This document shows, one piece after another, positions 1 to 9,280 of a DNA stretch of 64,000 bases (the first letter of the stretch is position 1; the number at the start of each line of letters is the position of its first letter). This DNA is from Polyangiaceae bacterium. GTDB lineage: Bacteria > Myxococcota_A > Polyangia > Polyangiales > Polyangiaceae. Under the pieces are notes generated by a model. It did not search any database. It saw nothing but the letters and a program-made list of their open reading frames with translations, and had not been told where the DNA came from. The translations under genes were made by a program, and so were the position numbers. The stretch is from assembly GCA_044376115.1 (NCBI GenBank), contig JBILLK010000004.1:406285-470284 (forward strand), read 5' to 3'.

Positions 1-193
1 GATCGAGATCAACGATGTGGATGCCGTTGCGAGCGCCGTAGATGTACTGGCGCATCTTCGGGTTCCAGCGCTTGGTCTGGTGACCGAAGTGAACGCCGGC
101 GTCGAGCAGCGTACGGAGGGGAAGCGGGAACTCGCCCGAGGCCTGAACTGCGGAAAAATCTTCGCCGCCAGCGGCAGCAACTTGCTCAGTCAT
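1..193 (-). CDS. rpsB: 30S ribosomal protein S2 (5' part, truncated by the window edge)
   Basis: Manual translation of the minus strand from the ATG at 193 gives [10 protein letters not shown]...[39 protein letters not shown], the S2 signature. GAGGA Shine-Dalgarno upstream. Not in the ORF track. Confidence 0.97.
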   Translation of the reverse strand, partial: MTEQVAAAGGEDFSAVQASGEFPLPLRTLLDAGVHFGHQTKRWNPKMRQYIYGARNGIHIVDLD

Positions 194-199
194 GGTATT

Positions 200-360
200 T
201 CCTCATTTCGGTTGTTACCTACGCTTCAAGAGCCCAATCGCACGAGGCGACACCGGCGGGCTCTCCGCTCCCCTTCAGCCTGAGGCCTCCGGGGAACTCG
301 CACCGACCCGAAGGTCAGTGAAGCGAGTGGAGTTTCTTGCCACCCGAGGGTGGAAAGGAC
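200..360 (-). promoter_or_regulatory. Structured rpsB 5' leader (S2 autoregulatory leader-like)
   Basis: Nested complementary segments: CGCTTCA (222-228) with TGAAGCG (319-325), and AGAGCCC (229-235) with GGGCTCT (258-264). GACC-UUCG-GGUC tetraloop hairpin at 305-316 on the minus strand and a CCACCC-GA-GGGTGG inverted repeat near 340-353. Confidence 0.6.
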
Positions 361-433
361 GCGCACGATAGTCGGAAGCCGCACAGAGTCAACCCTCAGC
401 TAACCTGAACGCTGTGCTAGCATCTGTGCCTCT

Positions 434-2518
434 ATGGCGAGTCATCGAAGCTTAAAGCTCCTGGCCGTTCTCGTCGCCATCGGAGTCGGGGCCGGAAGTT
501 CGTTTCTTGCCTCCTGCATCGCATCCGGGCCGCCGATCGATCCCATCACCGGGGATGAGGACGGCGGCTTCGAAGATGAGGACGCGGACACGCCCGATGG
601 CTTCGTCGATGTGCCGGTCAGCGACCCGCACGCCGTGCTCGGCGCCACCCCAGCGCATGGGCCCTTCAACGGTGGCCAGCGTGTGATCGTCACCGGCAAC
701 GGCTTTGCGTCCAACGCCCAGCTCTGGTTCGGCTCGGTTCAAGCCACCGACGTGATCGTGATCGACGCGACCAAGCTGCAAGTCACCGCGCCTCCCGGGG
801 AACGAGGGCCGGTCACGCTGACCACGCAAAACGGCGACGATGAATCGACGAAGAGCAGCTTGGTGGGCGGTTACACCTACGACGCGCTCTACGCCGATCC
901 GAGCACGGGCCCGGTGTCAGGCGGTACCGACGTGCGGATCGTCGGGCAAAACACCGAATGGGACGCGCAAACGGTGGCCACGATCGATCAGAAGCCGTGC
1001 GTAACGCTGACCCTCGTGTCGCCCTCCGAGCTCGTGTGCCGCGCCCCCAAAGGAACGCCCGGGGCCAAAGCCGTGCGCGTGGTCGACGGTGAAGACGCGA
1101 TCACCGTGCTCGACGGCTACACCTACGAAGACTCGAGCGACGGTTTCAAAGGCGGGCTCTCCGGCGACGAGCTGAACGGCACCCTGCGTGTGCTCGCGTT
1201 CAACAACTTCACCGGGGACCCGCTGGTTGGCGCTTCGGTGATCGTCGGGTCGAACGTGCAGACGGCGCTGATCGCCAACGTCGACGAGAGCGGCGTTGCG
1301 TTGCTGCAAGACCCCAGCTTGAACAGCCCCAAGACGGTGACCGTAGCGTTCAAGTGCCACAGCCCGGTCACCTTCGTCGACGTACCAGTGGACACCGTCA
1401 CGGTGTACCTGGACCCGGTGCTCACGCCTTCTTGCGCCGAGGGCTTCGGCACGCCGCCGGGCGTGGGCGGCGGCAGCGTGAACCAAGGCGTGGTGCAAGG
1501 CGAGCTGGTGTTCCCGGCGGTGAACGAGTTCGAGAAAGGGCCGTTCGCGGTGCCGCAGCCGGTGGGCAATGAGAAACGCGTGGCGTACGTCTTCCCAGCG
1601 GCGGGCAATCCACAACAAAACTTCAGCCTGCCGCCTGCGTCCTCGGCCATCACCCCCGACGCTGGAGGCGCGCTCGGCTTTGAGTTTTCGCTCGCGTCGA
1701 CGCCGGGCAACCGCACCTTTTATGCGCTGGCCGGGCTCGAGGATCGCTCGGTGAGCCCGCCGCGCTTTCTCGCCTATTCGATGGGCCTCGTGCGCGGCGT
1801 GCCGGTCACCACCGACGAGGTCACGAGCGAGGTTTATGTCGATATGCGGCCGCTGGATCTGGCGCTGACGCTGGACGCCTCGCCGCCACCGCCCGGCAAC
1901 CCGGGGCCGGATCGCTTCTTCGCCAACGTCGCTTTGCGGCTTGGGCCGGACGGCTTCGCGATCTTCCCGCAAGGCCAAAAGGCGCCGCTTTTGCCGCTGA
2001 ACAGCGACGTCAACTTCGTGGGCTTGCCGCTGCTGGCAGGCCCGTTCGAGGGCTCGACCTACGCCGTGTCGGCGCGCGCGGTGACCGGGCCGAGCTACGC
2101 CGCGCCGCTCAGCGTCGTGGCGAGCCAGCAAACCAACACCACCGCCTTCCCGATCGTGATCGACGGCTTCGTCGGCAAGCCCACCCTGCTGACGCCGATG
2201 CTGAATGAGTCGTGGAACCGTACCGAGCTCGAGACCGAGTTCGGCCCCGGCGCGCCGGTGGATCTGACCGTCTACGACGTGGTCACCGGCAACGGGCTAA
2301 TGCACTGGCTGGTGGCTGTCCCCGGCGGAGGTCGCGCGGTCGAGCTGCCCGACCTCTCCGGCATCGAAGACGCGAGCCTGCCCTCCGGCTCGATCCTGAT
2401 CAACCTGATCGGCGCTCGTTTCGAGGACTTCGACTACAAGAAGCTCACGTACCGTCAGCTGCGCACGCAAGGGATGGACGCCTATGCGCAGGACTTCACC
2501 GAAGCTCACGCACCGTGA
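434..2518 (+). CDS. Secreted IPT/TIG-domain lipoprotein
   Basis: Signal peptide with Cys. Two IPT/TIG-like repeats (PAHGPFNGGQRVIVTGNGF; PSTGPVSGGTDVRIVG). Confidence 0.8.
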   Translation: MASHRSLKLLAVLVAIGVGAGSSFLASCIASGPPIDPITGDEDGGFEDEDADTPDGFVDVPVSDPHAVLGATPAHGPFNGGQRVIVTGNGFASNAQLWFGSVQATDVIVIDATKLQVTAPPGERGPVTLTTQNGDDESTKSSLVGGYTYDALYADPSTGPVSGGTDVRIVGQNTEWDAQTVATIDQKPCVTLTLVSPSELVCRAPKGTPGAKAVRVVDGEDAITVLDGYTYEDSSDGFKGGLSGDELNGTLRVLAFNNFTGDPLVGASVIVGSNVQTALIANVDESGVALLQDPSLNSPKTVTVAFKCHSPVTFVDVPVDTVTVYLDPVLTPSCAEGFGTPPGVGGGSVNQGVVQGELVFPAVNEFEKGPFAVPQPVGNEKRVAYVFPAAGNPQQNFSLPPASSAITPDAGGALGFEFSLASTPGNRTFYALAGLEDRSVSPPRFLAYSMGLVRGVPVTTDEVTSEVYVDMRPLDLALTLDASPPPPGNPGPDRFFANVALRLGPDGFAIFPQGQKAPLLPLNSDVNFVGLPLLAGPFEGSTYAVSARAVTGPSYAAPLSVVASQQTNTTAFPIVIDGFVGKPTLLTPMLNESWNRTELETEFGPGAPVDLTVYDVVTGNGLMHWLVAVPGGGRAVELPDLSGIEDASLPSGSILINLIGARFEDFDYKKLTYRQLRTQGMDAYAQDFTEAHAP

Positions 2519-4506
2519 GCCTCAACCGCAAGCAGGCCCAGCTCGGACTGGGCGCGCTCATCATCGCGGCGCTCGTCGGCTCCTGTTTCGAGCGCGGGGA
2601 TCGCTGGCTCGAGCCTGCACCGATCGAGCCGATCTGCGAGGCTGGCAAACAACGCTGCACGCCGCTCGGCGTCGAGCAATGTGAAGGCAGCGGAGCGCTC
2701 GCACGCTGGAACCTCAAGGCGGACTGCGCAGCCGACAACAAGGTCTGCGTCGACGGCCTATTCGAGTGCAAGCTGTGCATCCCGGAGGGGCGCTTCTGCG
2801 ACGGGCTCGACGTCAGGCAATGCGATACCTCGGGCGACGCCAGCCAATACGTGACGAGCTGTGACCCGAGCATCGGAGACGCCTGTCGCGGCGGGACGTG
2901 CCAGAACTTGTGCGACGTCGCCGCGCTCGAGAAGAGCAACGTCGGTTGCGAATATTGGGCGGTGGATCTCGATAACGCCAACATCGATGCGACGAGCAAC
3001 GCCGCGGCCCAGCAGTTTGCCCTGGTGGTGTCGAACCCGCAGCCCGACGTCGCGGTGGTGGTCCGCATCGAACAAGACGATTCGTTGCCCGGCGAGCCCG
3101 GCGCTCCCTTCGAGATCGCCAACGCGACCATCCCGCCGCTCAACCTGGCGGTGTTCAAGCTGGGCCCGCGCGAGGTGGATGGCAGCGCCGAAGGCAGCTT
3201 CGACAGCGGTACGCATACGGCGCTCACGCGCAACGCTTACCGCGTCCGCACCGACTTCCCGGTGGTCGCTTATCAGTTCAACCCGCTCGAGAACGTCAGC
3301 GTCTTTTCCAACGATGCGTCATTGCTTTACCCACGCGAGGCGCTCGATTTCGGCGTCGCCGCGGTGCAGCGCAGCTACATCGTGCTTGGCTGGCCGCAGA
3401 CGATCGCCATCACCGACGATCCGGAGACCAACTTCAACCCGGCGGATCCGATCAACCTGCGAGCGTTCCTGACCGTGGTCGGCACCACCGAGAACACCAC
3501 CGTAAGAGTGACTCCGCGCACCACGGTGGTGCCGGGCAGCGGCATCGCGGAGACCCCGCCTGGCGGAACGATCGAAGCGACGCTGCAGCCCTTCGACGTG
3601 CTCAACCTCGAGACCGGGGACTTCAATGCGGACTTCACCGGCACCGAGATCTTGGCCGATCAGCCGGTGGTCGTGTTCGTCGGCAGTGAAGCCTCGGATG
3701 CGCCTCACTTCGAGACCCTGGCCGACCGCCGCTGCTGCGCCGATCACTTGGAGGACCAGCTCGCGCCGGTGCGCACGGCTGGGAAGTTCTTTGCAGTGCC
3801 GCATACGCCCAATCGTGGAGACGCCGTGCGGGCAGCCGGTGCCAACGTCGAGCCGATCCCTGAAGCGGAATACGTGCGCTTCATCGCCACCACCAACGCG
3901 GGCGCCGTAGTCGAGACCACCCTCCCCTCGCCCTTCGATCGGCTCGAGCTCGACGGCCTCGGTGCGTTCGCCGAGGTGGAGACGACGACCGACTTCTTGG
4001 CTACCAGCAGTGAACCCGTCCTCGTCGCGCAAATCATGGCCAGCCAACAAGCCGGCAGCGTCACCCGCTCGGGCTTTCCCGGCGGAGATCCGAGCTTGAT
4101 GATGGTGCCGCCGTTCGAACAGGCCCGCAGCGACTACGTCTTTCTCACGCCGGACAAATACGCCTTCGACTTCGTCACGGTGGTTGCGCCGTTCGGCGCG
4201 ACGGTCTTGCTCGACGGGCAGCAAATTGACGAGTCGCTGTGTGAAGTCGCAGCAGGCGACGGGCTGACCAATGAACAGCGCGGCGGCAAGAACCCGAGCC
4301 ACGTCGTTTACCGCTGCCAGCTCAGCTTCCCGATCGTCAACGCGAACGTGGACCCACCGATGATCTCGGCTGGGCTTCAGGATGACGGCGTTCACCGCAT
4401 CAACGCCAATGCGCCAGTGTTCATCGCGGTAACCGGCTGGGACGCCTTCGTCAGCTACGCCTACGCAGGCGGCACCGAGCTTCGCGCGATCGCGCCGCCG
4501 CAATGA
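2515..4506 (+). CDS. IgGFc-binding-domain Cys-rich lipoprotein
   Basis: GTG at 2515 overlaps the upstream stop (GTGA). Lipobox LVGSC. Motifs SNVGCEYWAVDLDN, VVAYQFNPL, FSNDASLL, DHLEDQL, GDPSL and SYAYAGG are typical of IgGFc_binding proteins. Confidence 0.8.
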   Translation: MSLNRKQAQLGLGALIIAALVGSCFERGDRWLEPAPIEPICEAGKQRCTPLGVEQCEGSGALARWNLKADCAADNKVCVDGLFECKLCIPEGRFCDGLDVRQCDTSGDASQYVTSCDPSIGDACRGGTCQNLCDVAALEKSNVGCEYWAVDLDNANIDATSNAAAQQFALVVSNPQPDVAVVVRIEQDDSLPGEPGAPFEIANATIPPLNLAVFKLGPREVDGSAEGSFDSGTHTALTRNAYRVRTDFPVVAYQFNPLENVSVFSNDASLLYPREALDFGVAAVQRSYIVLGWPQTIAITDDPETNFNPADPINLRAFLTVVGTTENTTVRVTPRTTVVPGSGIAETPPGGTIEATLQPFDVLNLETGDFNADFTGTEILADQPVVVFVGSEASDAPHFETLADRRCCADHLEDQLAPVRTAGKFFAVPHTPNRGDAVRAAGANVEPIPEAEYVRFIATTNAGAVVETTLPSPFDRLELDGLGAFAEVETTTDFLATSSEPVLVAQIMASQQAGSVTRSGFPGGDPSLMMVPPFEQARSDYVFLTPDKYAFDFVTVVAPFGATVLLDGQQIDESLCEVAAGDGLTNEQRGGKNPSHVVYRCQLSFPIVNANVDPPMISAGLQDDGVHRINANAPVFIAVTGWDAFVSYAYAGGTELRAIAPPQ

Positions 4507-5468
4507 GGTCTTGGCGCGCCGTTGCGCTAGCGCTCGCGTTGCCGGCTTGCGCCAGCGAAACCGGGCCAAACGCCGAAGCCCCGACGCCACGCAAGGCTTT
4601 CGGCCAGGCCGGCGCGGGCGCGCAGGCTGCGCTCACAAACGAGCCGCGCGCCCACGACCCGCTCGCGCATGAAGCCCCAAGTTCGAGCTTATCCGCGCTG
4701 TCGAGCGCGCCAACGCCAACGCCTTCCGCGACCGCAAATACACCCGAGCCGGTTGCGCCCGAGCCGATCCCAGCGGCGCTCTTGCGCGTCCTCGCAGTGA
4801 ACCCGTATGTGGAGGTGGACTGCGAAGGGCTGCCCCAAGCCGGCTTTCCCGAGGGCGTCACCAAGCGCTGCCGCTACACGGCGATGGGCGTTACGGCCGA
4901 GGTAGTCACGGCCAACCCGGAGCCGGAAGTGGCTGCGCGGTGGTTCTTGGATGCTGCGCGCTCCTGCGCCCCGCTCGAGGCCTTTCGCACGAGCGATCCC
5001 TTGAACTGGCAACGCGGAGTGGTCGCTTTTGCGAAACACATGCGCCTGCAGTCGTCGCGCATCTTTCCGCTGAGCGGCGCGATCGTCGAGGACCTCGGGG
5101 ATGGCCCCACGGCGTTCGAGTTTGATCGCGGGGTGGTCGCGCCGTGCGCGCAGGGCAAGTGCCGCTGCCGTATCAACTCGCTGTCGTCGGTCGCGCTGTG
5201 CCGCTTTCGTGAGGCGCAGGGGGCGTCGGGCGAAGCGTGTCGCAAGAGCTTCGAATCCGACGAAAGCTGGCGAGCACAGTGCCTGTTGAATCATCAGCAG
5301 GCCTTCCGTACGGGAGAAAATGAGCACCTGCGCGCGAGGGCCCATCTCGTCGGAGAGGCCGTGGCGAAGAAGTGCCGTTTGAAGGCCGAGCGCTCCAAAG
5401 GCAAAGGCTGCGTCCCCGGCGAGGTGGTGATGCTGATCGAAGCAGAGCTCGGGCTCGCCAAGCCGTAG
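4503..5468 (+). CDS. Hypothetical Cys-containing lipoprotein
   Basis: ATGA-coupled to the upstream gene. Lipobox LPAC and a Pro/Ala linker. Confidence 0.7.
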   Translation: MRSWRAVALALALPACASETGPNAEAPTPRKAFGQAGAGAQAALTNEPRAHDPLAHEAPSSSLSALSSAPTPTPSATANTPEPVAPEPIPAALLRVLAVNPYVEVDCEGLPQAGFPEGVTKRCRYTAMGVTAEVVTANPEPEVAARWFLDAARSCAPLEAFRTSDPLNWQRGVVAFAKHMRLQSSRIFPLSGAIVEDLGDGPTAFEFDRGVVAPCAQGKCRCRINSLSSVALCRFREAQGASGEACRKSFESDESWRAQCLLNHQQAFRTGENEHLRARAHLVGEAVAKKCRLKAERSKGKGCVPGEVVMLIEAELGLAKP

Positions 5469-5474
5469 CGAGCT

Positions 5475-7772
5475 TCAGCGCGCGGGCGAAGGCAGCTTGC
5501 TCGCAGCGAGCGCAGCGCCACACACGAAGAAGCCGAGCGCAGCCAGCAGAAACAGGAACGCGTTGCCGGCATAAAGCGCCAACAAAGGTCCGAGGCTCAG
5601 CGCCACCGCAGCTCCCAGCGCCCCGGCGAAGAGGCCATGGGAGGGCTCGGTCTCGGAGATGTTGCCCCAAAACGGCATCAGTAGCACGCTCAGCTTGCCC
5701 ACGCCCCAGCCCCAAAAGCCGGAGAGCAGCACAACCCACAACACGCGCAGCACGAGCGGGCCGCCCTCGAGCGCGGTAGCCAGGAGGCCGATCAGCAACG
5801 AGCACACCACCGCTGCGATGCTGGCCAAGAGCGCCGTTCGTACCGGGGTCAGACTGCGCATCGGTCGTCGCGTAAGCGCCGAGAGCGCGGCAGCACCCAA
5901 GAACGACGGAAGCACCACCATGAGGGCGTAATGTTGCCCACCGATGAGCGACGTCAAACGCCCGACCAGCGCTTGCTCAACCAGGGCCACACCGAAGCCA
6001 CCAGCGGCAAAGCTCAAGAGCGCGCCCCAGCCGAGCATCGTGCGCTTTGAGCTTCTGAGCACCGCAACGCTGCGAAGAGCGACGAAGATCAACGCGAGCG
6101 CCGCGAGGAACTGCCATTGCACCGCCGGAAAGGCCGCGACCGGCCCTGCGGCGAAGGCGCGTCGCGGCGAGACCGCCAACGCAACCAACTCGGCGAACGG
6201 GCGCTCCAAAAAGAAGCCAGGGCTGTCGTCGCTGGGCACCGAAACGCGCGCGCGCGCCGTCTTGTCGAAGGGCCGCAGCACGGCCGCCTCGAGCAGCTCT
6301 TGGTTCTGCAGATCGGGCGCAAAGACCTCATTGAAGCGCTGGCCTGCACAATAATCACGGAGCCGACCGAGCTCCTCTTGGCTCAGCGCGCTGCGTTTGA
6401 TCACCAGCGCTGTCGAGCCGCTGTGTGAGCAGGCATAGAGGTGACGCTTTGCCTCCGGCCCAAGTTCGGCCGCTGCCAAACGGAGCAGCTTGCCGAGATC
6501 CGGATCCCAACGGCGGACCACCAACAGCCCGTCCGCCGAGAGCGCGTCGAGGAAGCTGCGAAACGCCTCGCGCGTGAAGAGCGTCGTCTCGGCCGCGGCC
6601 AGACCTCGCGCATGCGGGACAACGCCCGAGTCGATGCCGGGCACCACGATCACGTCGAAGCGCTCGTCGGCTGCGCTCACAAAGCTGCGCGGGTCGGCCC
6701 CGATCAAAGAGACCTCCGGCCGGCTGAAAAGCTGATTCATCTGCTCGGCGAGCTTGCCGCTCAACACCGCGGAGCGGAGAGCTGCGTTGGGTTCGACCGC
6801 CACCACCTGCGTGCGACCAGCGTCGAGCGCCGCGCGAACATCGCGGCCGTGACCCGCCCCCAGCACCAAGATCGGCCCGTCGCTTTGGACCGCCGCATAC
6901 GCCATATGCTCCGGCAACTTGGGCGCGGCGCGCTGCGTGTGAACCGCCGTGCGGTTGCCATCCGTTGCGACCCAGGCAAAGCCCGTCGACGCTGGCTTAT
7001 CCATGCTCAAGAGGCCGCTGCTCGACCATTGGAGCAAGACGGTGCGCGAGACGCTGAGCGTGCGCAACTTGGGCGCCTCGAGCCAGGTCTCGCCGTAGTC
7101 GCCCCACAGCAACATCAAGCCCGCGAGAAAGAACGCCGCAGACTGAAAGCCTGTGGTTCGCCGTTCCGCTGCGGAGGTCAACGCGCTGCGCGAGAGCGAA
7201 ACCGCAAACAACACCGCGGCCAGCCCAAATCCGCATGAAAATAGCAGACCAGCGCGGGGTGCGCCGAGTGAAAGCAGCGCCATCGCCAACGGCCCGCCGA
7301 CCAACATGCCGAGCCCATCGGTGGCAAAGAAGCTCGCCCGAGCGGAAGCCCGGCGCGAGCAGAGCACGCCGAAGACAAACCCCTTCAGTACAAAGGCGGG
7401 CAGGCTCAAGCACAGAAGCTCGAAGAACTCACGCCAGGTCGCGCTCTCCGGATCTCCGAGCTTGGAGCGCAGTCCCATGATCACCGCCACCACGCCGAAG
7501 ACGGTGCCAAAGCCACTGCAACCGACCAGCCGCTTGGCCAGCGGGGTCGCGGACTTGGGCCTCAGCAGCGGCACCGCCAACAGCCCGAGCGCCGACCCCC
7601 ATAGCGGCAAGGCCAGCGCCAGCGGCGCAAGCTCCTTGCCCAAGGCCACCGAATAGAGCCGCGCCAACACCGTCGACAGACCGGTGGTGGAGAGCGAAAG
7701 CGTAAACAAGCCCGCCAGTGCGAGGGCTCGCTCGCCGCTCATGGGAGCACTTTCAGCGGGGGAGTCAGCCAT
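5475..7772 (-). CDS. Membrane protein fused to a spermidine-synthase-like SAM-dependent domain
   Basis: Many TM segments at both ends. Central ILVLGAGHGRDV...VVAVEPN...DPRSFV...FDVIVV...LFTREAF resembles a class I MTase/aminopropyltransferase. Confidence 0.75.
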   Translation of the reverse strand: MADSPAESAPMSGERALALAGLFTLSLSTTGLSTVLARLYSVALGKELAPLALALPLWGSALGLLAVPLLRPKSATPLAKRLVGCSGFGTVFGVVAVIMGLRSKLGDPESATWREFFELLCLSLPAFVLKGFVFGVLCSRRASARASFFATDGLGMLVGGPLAMALLSLGAPRAGLLFSCGFGLAAVLFAVSLSRSALTSAAERRTTGFQSAAFFLAGLMLLWGDYGETWLEAPKLRTLSVSRTVLLQWSSSGLLSMDKPASTGFAWVATDGNRTAVHTQRAAPKLPEHMAYAAVQSDGPILVLGAGHGRDVRAALDAGRTQVVAVEPNAALRSAVLSGKLAEQMNQLFSRPEVSLIGADPRSFVSAADERFDVIVVPGIDSGVVPHARGLAAAETTLFTREAFRSFLDALSADGLLVVRRWDPDLGKLLRLAAAELGPEAKRHLYACSHSGSTALVIKRSALSQEELGRLRDYCAGQRFNEVFAPDLQNQELLEAAVLRPFDKTARARVSVPSDDSPGFFLERPFAELVALAVSPRRAFAAGPVAAFPAVQWQFLAALALIFVALRSVAVLRSSKRTMLGWGALLSFAAGGFGVALVEQALVGRLTSLIGGQHYALMVVLPSFLGAAALSALTRRPMRSLTPVRTALLASIAAVVCSLLIGLLATALEGGPLVLRVLWVVLLSGFWGWGVGKLSVLLMPFWGNISETEPSHGLFAGALGAAVALSLGPLLALYAGNAFLFLLAALGFFVCGAALAASKLPSPAR

Positions 7773-7846
7773 AGATCGATGAGCCTAGCCAAGCAGCGCG
7801 CGAACTCGAGCGAACGTGTTAACGCAGTTCGCGCCGCTTGCCTACG

Positions 7847-9277
7847 TCACCGCGCGCGCAAAAGGCCAGAACCGCCAGCAGCCCGCCCCTGCCGGTAGGC
7901 GCGCTCGCACTCGGCGGTCGAAAGGCGACGTGGACCGAAGGCGCCGGCCAGCACCGCGTCGGCGTCCATCAAGAAGGTCGGCGTATCCAGGCCGAAGTCG
8001 TCGGTGTGGCCCGGCTGATCGAGCAAAATGTGCCCGAGCTCGTGGGCCAAGGTGAAGGACGCATGACCGACCCGAAAGGCGGCTCGGTCCTGAATCAGCA
8101 CGTTGCGAATGGCGCCGTGCTCGAGCCCGATGAACGACTCGCCAATGCGCGCTTCACCGCGAAAAGCTGGGATCACCAGCACCTCGATGGTGGTCGGGTC
8201 CCCGTCTTCCACCGAGCGGACGAGGAGCCGTTCTTCCATCGTTCCGACCAGCGAATCGGCGTCGGAGAAGTGACGCAAGCCGTTGCTTAGGTCGACCTCC
8301 GGCACACACAGCGACAACGCCGGGTCGGAGGAGAGCGGGTGGCTGGGCGAAGCGCTCAGTTTGGCGAACTTGCCTTGCTTGGTCCGAACCACCAAATCGG
8401 TCGAACCGAGCGACATCCCCTGGGGACGCGGGTTGTCGGTGAGCGAAGGGACAAAGCCCGCTTTGGTGAGCGCAGCCGCGACGCGCCGTGCGGCCGAGCG
8501 CGGCGAACTTCCGGGCGCGACCGGCACCTGAAACTCCCGACCATCCGCGCGAAAGGAGAAGGTCCCACCCAGCGCCGGAGCGGGCAACTCGCAACCAACG
8601 CTGAGCATGAACGGCGACGGCGGATCGTGAACCGCGAGCTGCTTGTCGGGCTCGTCGAAGGCGATACCGCATGCCCCCCAAATAGCCTCGGCCCGTTCGA
8701 TCTCGCGAGCCAGCACGACCGCGGGCTGCGCGAGCGAGACAGGGCCGCCCTCGGTCACGCGAAATACGTGCAACCGCAGGCTTGCCTCGGTCTCCACTGC
8801 GCCGCCCGAGACAGGCACGCTCAAGAGCTCCCGGCCGCCCTGTAGCACCCGTAACAGGCCGCCAGCGTGAGCGATCAACGAGCGCCGCTCGAGCAGCGGA
8901 TGCTCTTTGTCGACCGCATCGATCACCAAACGAATCGGCTCGCTCGCGAAACACGCGCCACCGTCTTCGGACGCGCACTCCACGCGCTTCGACGTCACGA
9001 GCAGCCGGTCCACCGTTTCACCGCTGGCGGACTGCGATTCGAAGGTCACGCTCTCGGCGGCCACAGCCGTGGCCGACGGGACGCGATACTCGACGCGGTA
9101 GCTCTCGAGGTCTTCGGCAAACGGCGAAGTCGGCGGCGTATGCGCCAGGTGCACGGCCAGTACGCGCGCGGCGTCACGCGTTTGAACGACCTTCGCGTCG
9201 TTCGACGTCGGCTGCGCGCTGGCAAGAAACGCCGGCAACAGCAGCGAACTAGCGAGCCACGGCGCCCAGCGAGGCAT
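7847..9277 (-). CDS. Secreted zinc metallopeptidase-like protein
   Basis: Signal peptide. C-terminal AHELGHILLDQPGH followed by a FLMD Met-turn-like motif. Confidence 0.65.
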   Translation of the reverse strand: MPRWAPWLASSLLLPAFLASAQPTSNDAKVVQTRDAARVLAVHLAHTPPTSPFAEDLESYRVEYRVPSATAVAAESVTFESQSASGETVDRLLVTSKRVECASEDGGACFASEPIRLVIDAVDKEHPLLERRSLIAHAGGLLRVLQGGRELLSVPVSGGAVETEASLRLHVFRVTEGGPVSLAQPAVVLAREIERAEAIWGACGIAFDEPDKQLAVHDPPSPFMLSVGCELPAPALGGTFSFRADGREFQVPVAPGSSPRSAARRVAAALTKAGFVPSLTDNPRPQGMSLGSTDLVVRTKQGKFAKLSASPSHPLSSDPALSLCVPEVDLSNGLRHFSDADSLVGTMEERLLVRSVEDGDPTTIEVLVIPAFRGEARIGESFIGLEHGAIRNVLIQDRAAFRVGHASFTLAHELGHILLDQPGHTDDFGLDTPTFLMDADAVLAGAFGPRRLSTAECERAYRQGRAAGGSGLLRAR

Positions 9278-9280
9278 CCT

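Noticed and set aside
17..283. 88-aa plus-strand ORF
   Set aside because: Antisense shadow of rpsB and its leader.
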